The notes below the pieces were generated by a model. That model saw nothing but the letters and a program-made list of their open reading frames with translations, ran no database searches and was not told the origin of the DNA. From assembly GCA_963805085.1 (NCBI GenBank), contig CAWDTA010000002.1, forward strand, positions 1,888,001 through 1,952,000: DNA of 64,000 nucleotides. The letters are read 5' to 3'. Numbering within the stretch: the first letter of the stretch is position 1; each line of letters opens with the position of its first letter. This document shows positions 29,506 through 40,354 of the stretch, piece after piece. The DNA is from an uncultured Veillonellaceae bacterium. GTDB taxonomy: Bacteria; Bacillota; Negativicutes; JARBTT01. The position numbers and the translations under genes were made by a program.

Positions 29506-30156
29506 ATGTTAATGGAGAAAGAACGTTGTCAAATTGTAGAATATGGTGAAAAAATGAGCTCAACTGGACTCAGCAAAGGAACCAGTGGTAATATAAGCGT
29601 TTATAACCATGAAACAAAATACATGGCGATCAGTCCGTCGGGTATCGGCTATTTTGAAACGGAACCGCAAGATGTCGTTATCATGGATCTGGACGGAAAC
29701 ATCATTGATGGTGATCGTAAACCATCAAGTGAACATAACATACATTCAAATTTTTATAAAGCAAAACCTGATATGGAAGCTGTTGTGCATACTCACTCTA
29801 CTTTTTGTTCCACTTTAGCATGTATGCATTTGCCAATCAATGCGGTTCACTATGTTATCGGGGGCGCAGGGGCAGCAACCGTCCCTTGTGCGGAATATGC
29901 GACCTTCGGCACTTTTGAATTGGCAAAAAATGCAATTGATGCCTGTGGAAAAAGCAAAGCCGTATTGCTTGCCAATCACGGTCTCGTAACTTGCGGTATC
30001 AATTTGGCAAAAGCTTTCGGACTGGCTGTAAACATGGAATTTGTCGCTGAAATGCAGTGGCGTTCCCTGTGTGCGGGTAAACCAGTGATTATTGATGATA
30101 ACGAAATGGCGCATGTGATGGAAGAGTTTAAAACTTACGGTCAAGTAAAAAAATAA
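29506..30156 (+). CDS. Class II aldolase, L-fuculose-1-phosphate aldolase-like
   Basis: GTSGNIS, PSSE, VHTHS, LLANHG. Confidence 0.88.
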   Translation: MLMEKERCQIVEYGEKMSSTGLSKGTSGNISVYNHETKYMAISPSGIGYFETEPQDVVIMDLDGNIIDGDRKPSSEHNIHSNFYKAKPDMEAVVHTHSTFCSTLACMHLPINAVHYVIGGAGAATVPCAEYATFGTFELAKNAIDACGKSKAVLLANHGLVTCGINLAKAFGLAVNMEFVAEMQWRSLCAGKPVIIDDNEMAHVMEEFKTYGQVKK

Positions 30157-30235
30157 TACATACTAAAAATATACGATATAAGCATTGGTTTTCATGTTTA
30201 TATCGTATATTTTATCCTGATAAAGGGGTGAGCAG

Positions 30236-31261
30236 ATGTTAAGAGCTGTCTTATATAAAGAAAAGGATTTAAGGATAGAAGAAATCCCCATTCCTGAAAT
30301 CGGCCCTGACGAGGTTCTGATAAAAAACAAAATTTCGATCACATGCGGTACAGATGTGAAAACATATAACCGAGGGTATCCGCTATTAAAACCGCCGCAC
30401 CCATTCGGTCATGAATATTCCGGTGTGATAGCTAAAATAGGCAAAGACGTTAACGGTTTCAAAGAAGGTGATCGTGTAGCTGTCCATAATACAGCTCCCT
30501 GTAACGAATGCTACTACTGTAAAAAAGGTGTGCCTTCCATGTGCGAGAATATGCTTTTCAACCGCGGCAGTTATGCTGAATATGTCAAAGTTCCCTCACG
30601 TATCGTAAAGCAAAATATGTTCGCTATGCCTGACATTATGACGCATAAAACAGCTGCGCTCATGGAACCTCTTTCGTGTGCCGTCTATGGAATATCACAC
30701 TGCCCTATCGAATTAGGCGATTATGTCGTTGTCAACGGTGCCGGTCCCATAGGTCTGATGTTCATACGCTTAGCGGTGATGAAAGGTGCCAAAGTCATTG
30801 CTACCGATATGACCCAAAGCAGGCTAGACTTAGCGATGAAATTAGGCGCCTATAAAACGGTCAATATGTCTTCGGTAACGGATGGTGTAGTTGCGGTAAA
30901 AGGATTGACCGATAACCTGCGTGGCGCAGATGTTGTTATCGAAGCAACAGGCTTGGTCCAAGTATGGAACGATAGTATAAAAATGGCTCGTAAAGGCGGT
31001 TTTGTTCTATTATTCGGCGGAACTAAACAAAATATGCTTTTTGAAGTAGACACTACGCTTTTACATTACTCGCAATTGACGATCAAAGGTGTTTTCCATA
31101 CCACGCCGCGTCATGTTGCGGAAGCCTTTGAATTATTAAAGATGAACGTTATATCGTCCGATGATTTTATTCAAAATGACTATTCGTTAAAAGATATAAG
31201 CAGTGCACTAGAAGAGCATGCTGCGCATAAAGTCATAAAAAATTGTATCGTGTATGATTGA
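30236..31261 (+). CDS. Zinc-dependent polyol/alcohol dehydrogenase
   Basis: CGTD, GHE, CNECYYC...C, GAGPIG. Confidence 0.92.
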   Translation: MLRAVLYKEKDLRIEEIPIPEIGPDEVLIKNKISITCGTDVKTYNRGYPLLKPPHPFGHEYSGVIAKIGKDVNGFKEGDRVAVHNTAPCNECYYCKKGVPSMCENMLFNRGSYAEYVKVPSRIVKQNMFAMPDIMTHKTAALMEPLSCAVYGISHCPIELGDYVVVNGAGPIGLMFIRLAVMKGAKVIATDMTQSRLDLAMKLGAYKTVNMSSVTDGVVAVKGLTDNLRGADVVIEATGLVQVWNDSIKMARKGGFVLLFGGTKQNMLFEVDTTLLHYSQLTIKGVFHTTPRHVAEAFELLKMNVISSDDFIQNDYSLKDISSALEEHAAHKVIKNCIVYD

Positions 31262-31280
31262 TAAATTGGGAGGAGAAAAA

Positions 31281-32474
31281 ATGTATTCGATAAAATTAGG
31301 TTGCGACAAAATATTTTATGGAAAAGATTCAATAAAAACACTGCATAATTTGCCTGGTAAAGACAAAAAAGCGTTTATTGTTATGAGCGGAACGATACTA
31401 GAAGAAATCGGTTCATTAAAAATCGTTACAGAAGTACTCGAACATGCCGGTTTCAAATGGCAGACGTATACAGATGTAGAGCCGGAGCCCAGCTTCAATA
31501 CTATAAAAAAAGGGGTTAAAGCCATGTCTGACTTTGCGCCGGATTGGATTATCGGTTTTGGCGGTGGATCTGCAATGGATGCTGCAAAGGCGATGTGGGT
31601 CTTTTATGAAAATCCGGAATATAAGGAACTTGATGATGTTATGCCGCCCAAAATCATCAATAACCTTAAAGTCAAAGCCCGTATCGCTTGCATACCTACA
31701 TCCGCCGGTACTGGCAGTGAAGCAACACGCGCTGCATTGATAAAAGATACTGATAAAAAGAAAAAGTATTCCATACGAGATATGAATGGACGCATGATAC
31801 CTGATGTAGCTATCCTTGATCCTATTTTCACAGTATCTATGCCGAAAAGCTTGACGGCAGCCTCCGGTATGGATGCAATAACACATGCTATAGAATCCTA
31901 TGTGACGCCAATTGCAAATCCATTTTCAGATGCAATGGCCATTTCTTCATTTATCAACGGCTATCATAATATTTTAAAAACCTATGAACACGGAGACGAT
32001 CTAGAGGCGCGAGAAAAAATGTTAGCGGCTGCCTGCATGGGGGGAATTGCATTCTCAAACTGCGCGCTAGGCATCGTACATAGTGTCGCACACACATTTG
32101 GAGCAGAATATGACATACCGCATGGCTTGGCCAATGCAATTATGCTGCCATATGGAATAAAATTCAATGACAAAGATGAAAGGGTACATGCCCGTTATAC
32201 TGAGCTGGCAAAAATGGTTGGTCAAGATTCTTTATATGATGCTATTGTAAAACTCAATCAAAATCTTGCGATACCACATTCAATGAAAGAAGCGATAAAA
32301 AAAGACGATGATGTAGAAAACAAAATTGATATGCTTGCCGAAAAAGCGATGCAGGATGTCTGCACTCCATTCACTCCCATCAAACCTTCACTTGATGAGA
32401 TGAAACAGTTGATTCTTGCTGTTTACGCAGGGGATGTATCTATGATAGTAGGATTTATAAGACTAGGCAAATAA
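31281..32474 (+). CDS. Iron-containing alcohol dehydrogenase
   Basis: GGGSAMDAAK, PTSAGTGSE, DAITHAIE, HGLANA. Confidence 0.92.
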   Translation: MYSIKLGCDKIFYGKDSIKTLHNLPGKDKKAFIVMSGTILEEIGSLKIVTEVLEHAGFKWQTYTDVEPEPSFNTIKKGVKAMSDFAPDWIIGFGGGSAMDAAKAMWVFYENPEYKELDDVMPPKIINNLKVKARIACIPTSAGTGSEATRAALIKDTDKKKKYSIRDMNGRMIPDVAILDPIFTVSMPKSLTAASGMDAITHAIESYVTPIANPFSDAMAISSFINGYHNILKTYEHGDDLEAREKMLAAACMGGIAFSNCALGIVHSVAHTFGAEYDIPHGLANAIMLPYGIKFNDKDERVHARYTELAKMVGQDSLYDAIVKLNQNLAIPHSMKEAIKKDDDVENKIDMLAEKAMQDVCTPFTPIKPSLDEMKQLILAVYAGDVSMIVGFIRLGK

Positions 32475-32515
32475 ATATTGGGCGTGCCGATTTGCGGCAC
32501 GCCCAATATTTATTT
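32469..32515. terminator. Bidirectional terminator
   Basis: AAATAAATATTGGGCGTGCCG-ATTTG-CGGCACGCCCAATATTTATTT perfect inverted repeat. Confidence 0.9.
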
Positions 32516-32576
32516 GTTTAAGTATCTATTATAGAGTTTTTCAATATTAAATAGTAAAGATTTTGTTTGACGAAAT

Positions 32577-33983
32577 TTATGCATAATAAAGGCAATTGTT
32601 AATATAATCTGCAAGCTCTTTTTGATTTTTTAGTTTTGGTTTTGGTGGTGTTTGTTCGTAAGCTGGTAAACGTTTTTTGATAAATTGTGTATCAATATTT
32701 CCAGTACAGAAACAAGTATCAGCTAAGATGCGTTTGTGAAGTGCAATCGTTGTCTTGACACCGTCAACTTTGAATTCATTTAAAGCTCGTTGCATGATTT
32801 TAATTGCATCACCGCGCGTACGCCCGTGAGCAACAACTTTGGCCATAAGTGAATCGTAGTATGGCTCAATGGAAAGACCAGCAGATACGCCACTATCAAC
32901 ACGAACTCTTGGACCACCTGGTTCATGATAGAAATCAATTAAGCCAGGGGAAGGTAAGAAGTTATTATCAGGATCTTCCGCATTGATACGGCATTCAATC
33001 GCATGACCGATAAATTGGATATCATCTTGACTTTTATTGAGTGGTTCACCAGAGGCGATTCTCAGTTGGCGACGAACTAAATCGATCCCCGTAATTGCTT
33101 CTGTAATCGCATGCTCCACTTGAATGCGTGGATTGATTTCCATAAAGAAGAATTTTCCTGTTTTTACATCCATCAAGAATTCTACGGTACCAACATTCGT
33201 GTAATGAATGCTTTTACCTGCTTTAATCGCAAGGGCGCCAAGTTTATTACGCATATCGTTGGTTAAAGCAGTAGAAGGAGCTTCTTCGAGAATTTTTTGG
33301 TTGCGACGCTGAAGCGAACATTCACGTTCGCCAAGATGAATGATATTGCCATAGTTATCCGCCATAATTTGTACTTCAATATGACGAGACTTTTCAATAT
33401 AATGTTCGAAGTAGAAAGAAGTTTTTGTTACATCAACGATTTGTAATATGCTCGCTAGTTCTTCTTCATTATAAATGACGAACATTGATTTGCCGCCGCC
33501 ACCAGACACTGGCTTTATAATTACCGGATAGCCAATTTCTTCAGCAATCGCCGGTGCTTCTTCATTGTTTTTAAGAGGTTTACTACCTTTTGTCATCGGT
33601 ATACCAGCCGCGAGCATTGCTTCGCGGGCCACATCTTTATCGCCTACTTGACGGATTGTTTCCGCAAGTGGACCTACCCACACGAGACCAGCATTGGTAA
33701 CTTTTTCGGCAAAATCGGCATTTTCAGATAAAAAACCATAACCAGGATGGATTGCTTCCGCTTTTGTTGCTTTTGCAGCTTCAATAATAGCATCCATATT
33801 TAAATAACTGTGTATTGCATCCGCAGGGCCGATATTATAGGATAGATCGGCTAATTGTACGTGGATAGCTTTTTCATCAACATCTGAGTAAACTGCAACT
33901 GTTTCAATCCCCAATTCTTGACAAGCGCGGATGATACGTACAGCAATTTCACCACGATTTGCGATAAGAAGGCGTTTGAACAT
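32577..33983 (-). CDS. Biotin carboxylase (AccC/PycA-like)
   Basis: ANRGEIAVR, HPGYGFLSEN, RECSLQRRNQK, EINPRIQVEH. Confidence 0.93.
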   Translation of the reverse strand: MFKRLLIANRGEIAVRIIRACQELGIETVAVYSDVDEKAIHVQLADLSYNIGPADAIHSYLNMDAIIEAAKATKAEAIHPGYGFLSENADFAEKVTNAGLVWVGPLAETIRQVGDKDVAREAMLAAGIPMTKGSKPLKNNEEAPAIAEEIGYPVIIKPVSGGGGKSMFVIYNEEELASILQIVDVTKTSFYFEHYIEKSRHIEVQIMADNYGNIIHLGERECSLQRRNQKILEEAPSTALTNDMRNKLGALAIKAGKSIHYTNVGTVEFLMDVKTGKFFFMEINPRIQVEHAITEAITGIDLVRRQLRIASGEPLNKSQDDIQFIGHAIECRINAEDPDNNFLPSPGLIDFYHEPGGPRVRVDSGVSAGLSIEPYYDSLMAKVVAHGRTRGDAIKIMQRALNEFKVDGVKTTIALHKRILADTCFCTGNIDTQFIKKRLPAYEQTPPKPKLKNQKELADYINNCLYYA

Positions 33984-34197
33984 GTAAGTTACCTCCAAAA
34001 TTATTTAAAAATTAATATAATATAATATATTATGTTAAATTATATTATAATGTATTATATTATAATATATTAAGGAAAACAATATAGATTGTGAATGTAT
34101 ACACAAGGTTAAATAAATTAAATTATTCTGATATTTATCATTTGAAAATTAGGTATAATGATTATTTATACTATAAAATTAAATTAAAGAGGCGCGT

Positions 34198-36006
34198 ATG
34201 ACAGAAAAAATCTTAGAGAAATTACAACTTTTACCTGATAAACCAGGTGTGTATATTATGAAAGATGAGCAAGGTAAGATTATCTATGTAGGAAAAGCGA
34301 TTATTTTAAAAAATCGGGTACGTTCCTATTTTCAAAGTAGCCGCAATCATTCCGCCAAAGTACAAGCGATGGTAGCGCGGATTGATGATTTTGAATATAT
34401 CATCACTGGTTCTGAAATCGAAGCGCTTATTTTAGAGTGTAATTTGATTAAGAAGCATCGTCCCAAATATAATATTAGCCTGCGTGATGACAAGACATAT
34501 CCCTATGTAAAAGTGACAACCAATGAAGTTTTCCCTCGTGTTTTTGTCACGAGACAGGTGCAAAAAGATGGTGCGAGATATTTTGGTCCCTATACCAATG
34601 TAGGTGCGGTGCATGAAAGTATCAAATTATTAAGGAAACTTTTTCCCTTGCGCAGCTGTCGGCATTTAGACGCGAAACGTCCTTGCTTGGAGTATCATAT
34701 TAAACGTTGTCTAGCCCCCTGTGCTGGAAAAATTGATGAAAAAGAATATGGTGCAATGATTAAAAGTGTTTGTCTTTTTCTTGAAGGTCGCAGTGAAGCC
34801 GTTGAAAAAGATTTAACGAAACGGATGGAAGCTGCCGCAGCAAATTTTGAATTTGAGCGGGCGGCAAAATTACGTGATCAATTATTGGCGGTAAAAAAAG
34901 TAACGGAGAAGCAAAATATCGTAACTGGATCAGGCGATCAAGATGCCATAGGCATGGCACGCTCCGAGTTTGGCGTATGTATGCAGGTGTTTTTCATTCG
35001 CAGTGGGAAAATGGTCGGACGCGACCATTTTCTGCTTACAGGTAGTGATGGTGAAAGTGATGAAGCGGTATTAACTGCATTTCTAAAGCAATACTATAAT
35101 CAAACCACGTTCATTCCACGGGAAATTTTATTGCCAATCGATTTAACAGAGCAAGCCTTGCTGGCAGAGTGGCTCAGTGAAAAGAAAGAAGCAAAAGTTT
35201 CCGTAGAAACGCCAAAACGTGGAACCAAACGCGATATTGTAACGATGGCGATTGGCAATGCAAAAATTGTTCTGGAAGAACAACTCGCAAAATTAAAAAC
35301 GGCAAATCAGCAAACCGAAGGTGCGGTAGTAGAATTGGGGCAATATCTTCAGTTAGGTAAGCCACCAAATCGTATGGAATGTTTTGATATTTCCCATATC
35401 CAAGGCTCAGAAACGGTTGCTTCGATGGTCGTGTTTGAAGGCGGGATACCAAAAAAAGATGCGTACCGTCGATATAAAATTCAATCGGCAGAAGGAAAAC
35501 CAGATGATTTTAAATCTATGCGCGAGGTTGTGGGACGCCGTTATGGGGAAGCTGCCGCCGATGATTTGCCAGATTTAATTATCATTGATGGTGGCAAGGG
35601 GCAACTCAGTTCGGCACTGGAGATTATTCGGGGAGCCGGGCATTATCAAGTGCCGGTTGTCGGCCTCGCCAAACAGTTTGAATATATCTTTACCGAAGGT
35701 GAAAGCGAACCAGTGATTTTACCACGACATAGTCAAGCTTTATACCTGGTCCAACGCATTCGTGATGAAGCCCATCGCTTTGCGATTACCTATCATCGTA
35801 AGTTGCGTAGCAAACGTAATATGGTCTCCGTGCTTGATCATGTTGTTGGGGTTGGCCCTAAACGCCGCAGGGCACTTTGGGATCATTTTGGTACGCTAAA
35901 TAAGATAAAAGCAGCCAGTGTAGAAGAAATGGCCGCTGTATCGGGGATGAATTTGCCCACAGCGCAAGCAGTTTACAATTTTTTTCAAACTAAAGATCAA
36001 ATGTAG
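34198..36006 (+). CDS. uvrC: Excinuclease ABC subunit C
   Basis: GIY-YIG (PGVY...IYVGKA), ECFDISH, DGGKGQL, RDEAHRFA, HhH. Confidence 0.97.
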   Translation: MTEKILEKLQLLPDKPGVYIMKDEQGKIIYVGKAIILKNRVRSYFQSSRNHSAKVQAMVARIDDFEYIITGSEIEALILECNLIKKHRPKYNISLRDDKTYPYVKVTTNEVFPRVFVTRQVQKDGARYFGPYTNVGAVHESIKLLRKLFPLRSCRHLDAKRPCLEYHIKRCLAPCAGKIDEKEYGAMIKSVCLFLEGRSEAVEKDLTKRMEAAAANFEFERAAKLRDQLLAVKKVTEKQNIVTGSGDQDAIGMARSEFGVCMQVFFIRSGKMVGRDHFLLTGSDGESDEAVLTAFLKQYYNQTTFIPREILLPIDLTEQALLAEWLSEKKEAKVSVETPKRGTKRDIVTMAIGNAKIVLEEQLAKLKTANQQTEGAVVELGQYLQLGKPPNRMECFDISHIQGSETVASMVVFEGGIPKKDAYRRYKIQSAEGKPDDFKSMREVVGRRYGEAAADDLPDLIIIDGGKGQLSSALEIIRGAGHYQVPVVGLAKQFEYIFTEGESEPVILPRHSQALYLVQRIRDEAHRFAITYHRKLRSKRNMVSVLDHVVGVGPKRRRALWDHFGTLNKIKAASVEEMAAVSGMNLPTAQAVYNFFQTKDQM

Positions 36007-36095
36007 TTGTTTTTTAGATAAGTTTGTATTTTGTTCATAAAAAAACTATAATGAAAGTATCTAGGTGATTTTTACTTAATAAGGTGGAACTGTTG

Positions 36096-36950
36096 ATGAA
36101 AATAATTGATTTGCATACACATTCAAATATATCTGATGGTAGTTATACACCCAGTGAGGTTATTAATTTAGCGCATGATGCTGGCATTGATGCCATTGCC
36201 TTAACAGATCATGACACGATAGCCGGGATTAGTGAAGCACAAGCAAAAGCAAAAAAGTTAGGTGTAGAATTTTTACCTGGGATGGAAATGAGTGTGCAAT
36301 TTAAAAGTCGGAGACTGCACATTGTAGCGCTGGGCTTTGATCGTCATCATCCAGCCTTTCAAATGCTATATAAGAAAATTCGTCGAATCAAAGAATCAGG
36401 TGTAGCTGGGGCGGTAGAAAAAATTCGCGCTAAAGATATTGATGTTAGTATGGCGATACTAGAAAAGAACTTTACGACGATTGATAACGTAGACCGTTAT
36501 GCGATTATGCGTTATTTTGTTTCATTAAATATGTTTGATAATGTACAAAAAATCTGGGATAATTATATTAATCCAGCATTTACTGGTTTTGATGCCAATA
36601 TTACTGCCGAAGAAGGTTTTGCAGCTATTAGAGCAGCTGGTGGCATAACATCTCTGGCACATTATCAAAAAAGACTTGGCTTAGGTGGGATGACTAGGTC
36701 TGAGCAAGAAGCGACCATCCAAGAATTAATGGCCTTAGGCTTAGATGGTATGGAAGGCTATTATCCAAATTACAGTGAGGAAGATCAAGACTTTGCTACT
36801 TATCTCATTGATAAATATAAGATGTTACCAACAGGTGGGACAGATTTTCATGGAAAAAATCGTTCCAATGTAGTGCTCGGTACAGGTATAGATAATAATA
36901 TGTCAGTACCCTATGAGTGGTATCAAAATATCGCATATAAATGTAAATAA
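36096..36950 (+). CDS. PHP-domain metal-dependent phosphoesterase
   Basis: DLHTHSNISDG, LTDHDT, GGTDFHG. Confidence 0.92.
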   Translation: MKIIDLHTHSNISDGSYTPSEVINLAHDAGIDAIALTDHDTIAGISEAQAKAKKLGVEFLPGMEMSVQFKSRRLHIVALGFDRHHPAFQMLYKKIRRIKESGVAGAVEKIRAKDIDVSMAILEKNFTTIDNVDRYAIMRYFVSLNMFDNVQKIWDNYINPAFTGFDANITAEEGFAAIRAAGGITSLAHYQKRLGLGGMTRSEQEATIQELMALGLDGMEGYYPNYSEEDQDFATYLIDKYKMLPTGGTDFHGKNRSNVVLGTGIDNNMSVPYEWYQNIAYKCK

Positions 36951-36968
36951 AGTTTAGGAGAAATTACA

Positions 36969-37241
36969 ATGAAAAAAGGAAAATTAATTACGCAATACCA
37001 AGCAGTTTTTTCTATTAGTGATGATAAAACAAATAATATAACGTGGAAACTTGTTAATAGACCGCATGATAGTATTAAAAATGAGATGCATAATCAAGAT
37101 GGACAAGATCAAATATTTGCCACGAGTGATGAATATTTTGAAGTACATATCTTGCAAGGTGATAAGGTTATTGGTAAAGTGGAAGCTATTATGTGTCAGC
37201 ACATTGAATATTATGCAACGGAAAAAGAAAGCTTAGATTAA
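36969..37241 (+). CDS. Hypothetical protein
   Basis: SD AGGAG, operonic spacing after PHP gene, followed by terminator. Confidence 0.6.
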   Translation: MKKGKLITQYQAVFSISDDKTNNITWKLVNRPHDSIKNEMHNQDGQDQIFATSDEYFEVHILQGDKVIGKVEAIMCQHIEYYATEKESLD

Positions 37242-37252
37242 AAGGTTCTAAA

Positions 37253-37299
37253 AAAAGAAACGCGATAGCGGGAAGCAATTCCCCTATCGCGTTTCTTTT
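37253..37299. terminator. Bidirectional terminator
   Basis: AAAAGAAACGCGATAG...CTATCGCGTTTCTTTT. Confidence 0.85.
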
Positions 37300-37351
37300 C
37301 TTAGAGTCTTAATTTATGATCGCTATGGAATAGCAAGATCAATGGCGTCCA

Positions 37352-39353
37352 TTATATCCGAAATTTGCCTAGACTCTTATTTAATTCATTTGCTAAATGC
37401 GCTAAGTCATCGCTTGAAGCGGCAATTTGTTGCATTGCTGCAGATTGCTGCTCTGTAGCGGCCGAAACAGTTTGAGTATGTGCTACGGTTTCATTCATCA
37501 CATGGTTTATTTCGGTAGAAGAAGACTCAATGATATGTCCATCATCAAATAGCGTAGCTACGTTTGACAATACTTGTGAAGTTTTTTGCTGGACATTTTC
37601 AATCAAATGTGAGATTTGCAAAAACTGTGCTTCTGCTTCGTTTACATGTTTCATCCCAAAAGAAACTTCGCTGGAAGCTTGATCAACTGCCGACACAGCA
37701 CCAGATACAGCTTGATTAATTTCATCTATTAATGCAATAATTTGACTGGTTGACTGTTGAGATTGTTCGGCAAGTTTTCGAACTTCATCGGCGACGACGG
37801 CAAAGCCTCGACCTTGTTCACCAGCTCGGGCTGCTTCTATTGCGGCATTTAATGCTAGTAAATTTGTCTGAGCGGCAATGCCAGAAATCATATTTACGAT
37901 TTCACTAATTTTTGCTGTTCCCACAGATAATTTTACCACGGTTTCACTTACATTTTTAGTACTTGTATTAATGCTTTCCATTTGGACTCTAGCAGCTTGC
38001 GCTCTTTCAGTTCCTTTTGTACTGCTTTCCACGGCAAGGTTCGCAGACCCATTCGCTTCTTCGGTATTCCCCTTCATGGTACCAATTTCTTGTATGAAAC
38101 TAGCCATGGTGGTGTTAACTTTGTTAATGGTTGTTTGTCCGTGAATTGTTTCATCTGCTACTTTGGTAACTGCTTCGGCAACTTGAGTCGCTGTTTGCGC
38201 TGATTGATTTGCGCTTTCTTTCAATTGTAAGGAAGAAGTAGCGGTGTGATTTGCAGATTCATTCACTTGTCCAATTAATGACCATAGCTTTTCACGCATC
38301 TGAATCATTGCGATGCGCAACGTTCCCACTTCATCTTTTACCTGGTAATGGGAACGATCTATTGCTTCTAACGTACGATTTTGTTAAATCGCCAGCAGCG
38401 ATTGCACTAGCATATTGGGACATTTCTTTAATTGGTCGTACAATACGCCCAGCAATCCAATTTACGACAAAAGCAGCTAAACCTAAACCGATAAAGAAGA
38501 GTAGAACAAACATCCACGTCAACTGTCTGACTGGAGCAAATTCTTGTGCAGTTGGAGCAATCGTAAACACGCCCCATTTATCCTGGGTTGGAGCAAAAGC
38601 GACAATTGATTCGATACCATCAATTTGTGTAACGATGTAGCCCTTATTGCCTTGCTTGATACTTTCGAGTGCTTGCATCAATTGCTCATTGCCTAAATCT
38701 TTAATGCTGCTCTTCATAATAAGCTCTGCCTTGGGATGACTAACAATCATTCCATCAGGAGCTACCAGCATGCAATAACCAGCTTCGCCAACTTTTGTTT
38801 CACTAAAGCCTTCCGTGAATTTTTCTAGTGGGATACCACCAACGACTGCGCCAATGACACGATTATTAATAGATACTGGAGCAGCACCTACCACAATTGT
38901 TTTGCCTGTGGTCACAGAAACAATTGGATTATCTAAAAATGTCTTACCTTCAGGAAGTCTTTTTACATAACTTAAGGCAGATGCATCCACTAGTTTTCCT
39001 GCGCTGGTCGCAACATCCTTGCCAGACAAGTCCGGTAAGAAACTTACGGGATTCCATTGGGTGTAATCCTCCTGCATGTGCTTTGTGAAGGCAAATTGTA
39101 ACTGTCGATCCGCCTGTAGAGTTGAAAATTGTGCGGCACCTTGTTTTCCGAAAGAATCCATAATCGTTTTTTCACGCTGCATTCTGATATCAAAAGCATT
39201 TGACAATTCTTGCGCCCGAATTTGGAAGCGTTCCTCTAAATTGGTTGTGAGTATTTTCGATGTATTCCAATATGAAATTGCCATTATGCAAAGTAAAATC
39301 ACGGCAATCGTACTAATTATCGGTACTAACAATTGCATTCGCAGACTTTTCAT
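37352..39353 (-). pseudogene. Methyl-accepting chemotaxis protein (dCache-HAMP-MA) split by one extra base
   Basis: 5' ORF has TM-Cache-TM-half HAMP, 3' ORF has [18 protein letters not shown]; removing one base from the T4 run at 38379-38382 restores [22 protein letters not shown]. Confidence 0.88.
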
Positions 39354-39385
39354 CCAAAAACCTCCTACTTATAGACCCATTACAA

Positions 39386-40174
39386 TTATTTTGATTGTTC
39401 TACTTTAGAGAGTTCTTTACTATAATCTTGATTTAAAGAAGCTTGTTGAAATGCATCATTGCTAGGTAAAACCATTCTAAAGTCGGTGATACGCGCAATT
39501 TGGACTTTACCAGATTTGATACCACCATTTAAAATATGCCCACCAGATTTACGATCCTCTGAAATGAAGTGTAAATGATAGCCTGGTACGTTAATTCCGT
39601 TTACGTATTGTGGACATAGAAAACCAACGATGGTTCCTTTGGTTTGTTGAATATCAAAAACAGACTGTGTTTTCGCAGCGTCTGCCAAAGATGGATATGG
39701 TTTTGTTTTCCCTGGGATGCTGCGAGTTTGACCAGTGAATACACCATCAATACGAATCGCATAAATATAATTTTTATCTTTGATAATAGAATCTAAAGCT
39801 TCTTCTAATTCACCAAAAGTTTTTACATCATTAATTTCTCCGGTTTGTTCTGGTTTAAAATTCATAACATTGGCGAAAGGTGTTTTCATTTGATCATTTA
39901 CTAAAATAACTTCACCAGTAGATTTTACTTGATAAAATTTACCGTCTAAGGCAATCATTTCTCCATCAAGTCCCTCGAATGTGCCAATACCAAAATCACC
40001 AGATTTTTTTAATTCTTTCATTGTGACTTGACCATCATAGACACCTTGTAACAAAGCGTTAATTGTAGACACCTGATATAAAGAGTTTAGCGATTGTGCA
40101 CTGGCAACTACTGTGAAAAATAGTAAGCAAGCAACGGCAATAGAAATACGACCAATTGATTTAAGTCTATTCAT
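39386..40174 (-). CDS. budA: Alpha-acetolactate decarboxylase with Sec signal peptide
   Basis: YQVSTINALLQG.YDG, GDFGIGTF, GYHLHF...GGH; N-terminal MNRLK-hydrophobic-ASA. Confidence 0.9.
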   Translation of the reverse strand: MNRLKSIGRISIAVACLLFFTVVASAQSLNSLYQVSTINALLQGVYDGQVTMKELKKSGDFGIGTFEGLDGEMIALDGKFYQVKSTGEVILVNDQMKTPFANVMNFKPEQTGEINDVKTFGELEEALDSIIKDKNYIYAIRIDGVFTGQTRSIPGKTKPYPSLADAAKTQSVFDIQQTKGTIVGFLCPQYVNGINVPGYHLHFISEDRKSGGHILNGGIKSGKVQIARITDFRMVLPSNDAFQQASLNQDYSKELSKVEQSK

Positions 40175-40354
40175 GATTCCATCTCCAACTTATAAAATTT
40201 ACTGAATTTTACCCGTTTAATAGAGTTAGCAAAAAACATAAGAGGGTAAAATAAAGTACCTAATTTTTCATATTTCTGCACAATATAGCAAAATCCTCCT
40301 ACCATAGTTCTTTTCATAAAAAAGGGGACTATAGTAGGAGGATTGCGGCGCTTT

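Noticed and set aside
40207-40220. TTTTACCCGTTTAA resembling the sigma-regulon motif
   Set aside because: No TGTATA box at 17-18 nt, no hairpin, and it points away from the neighbouring gene.
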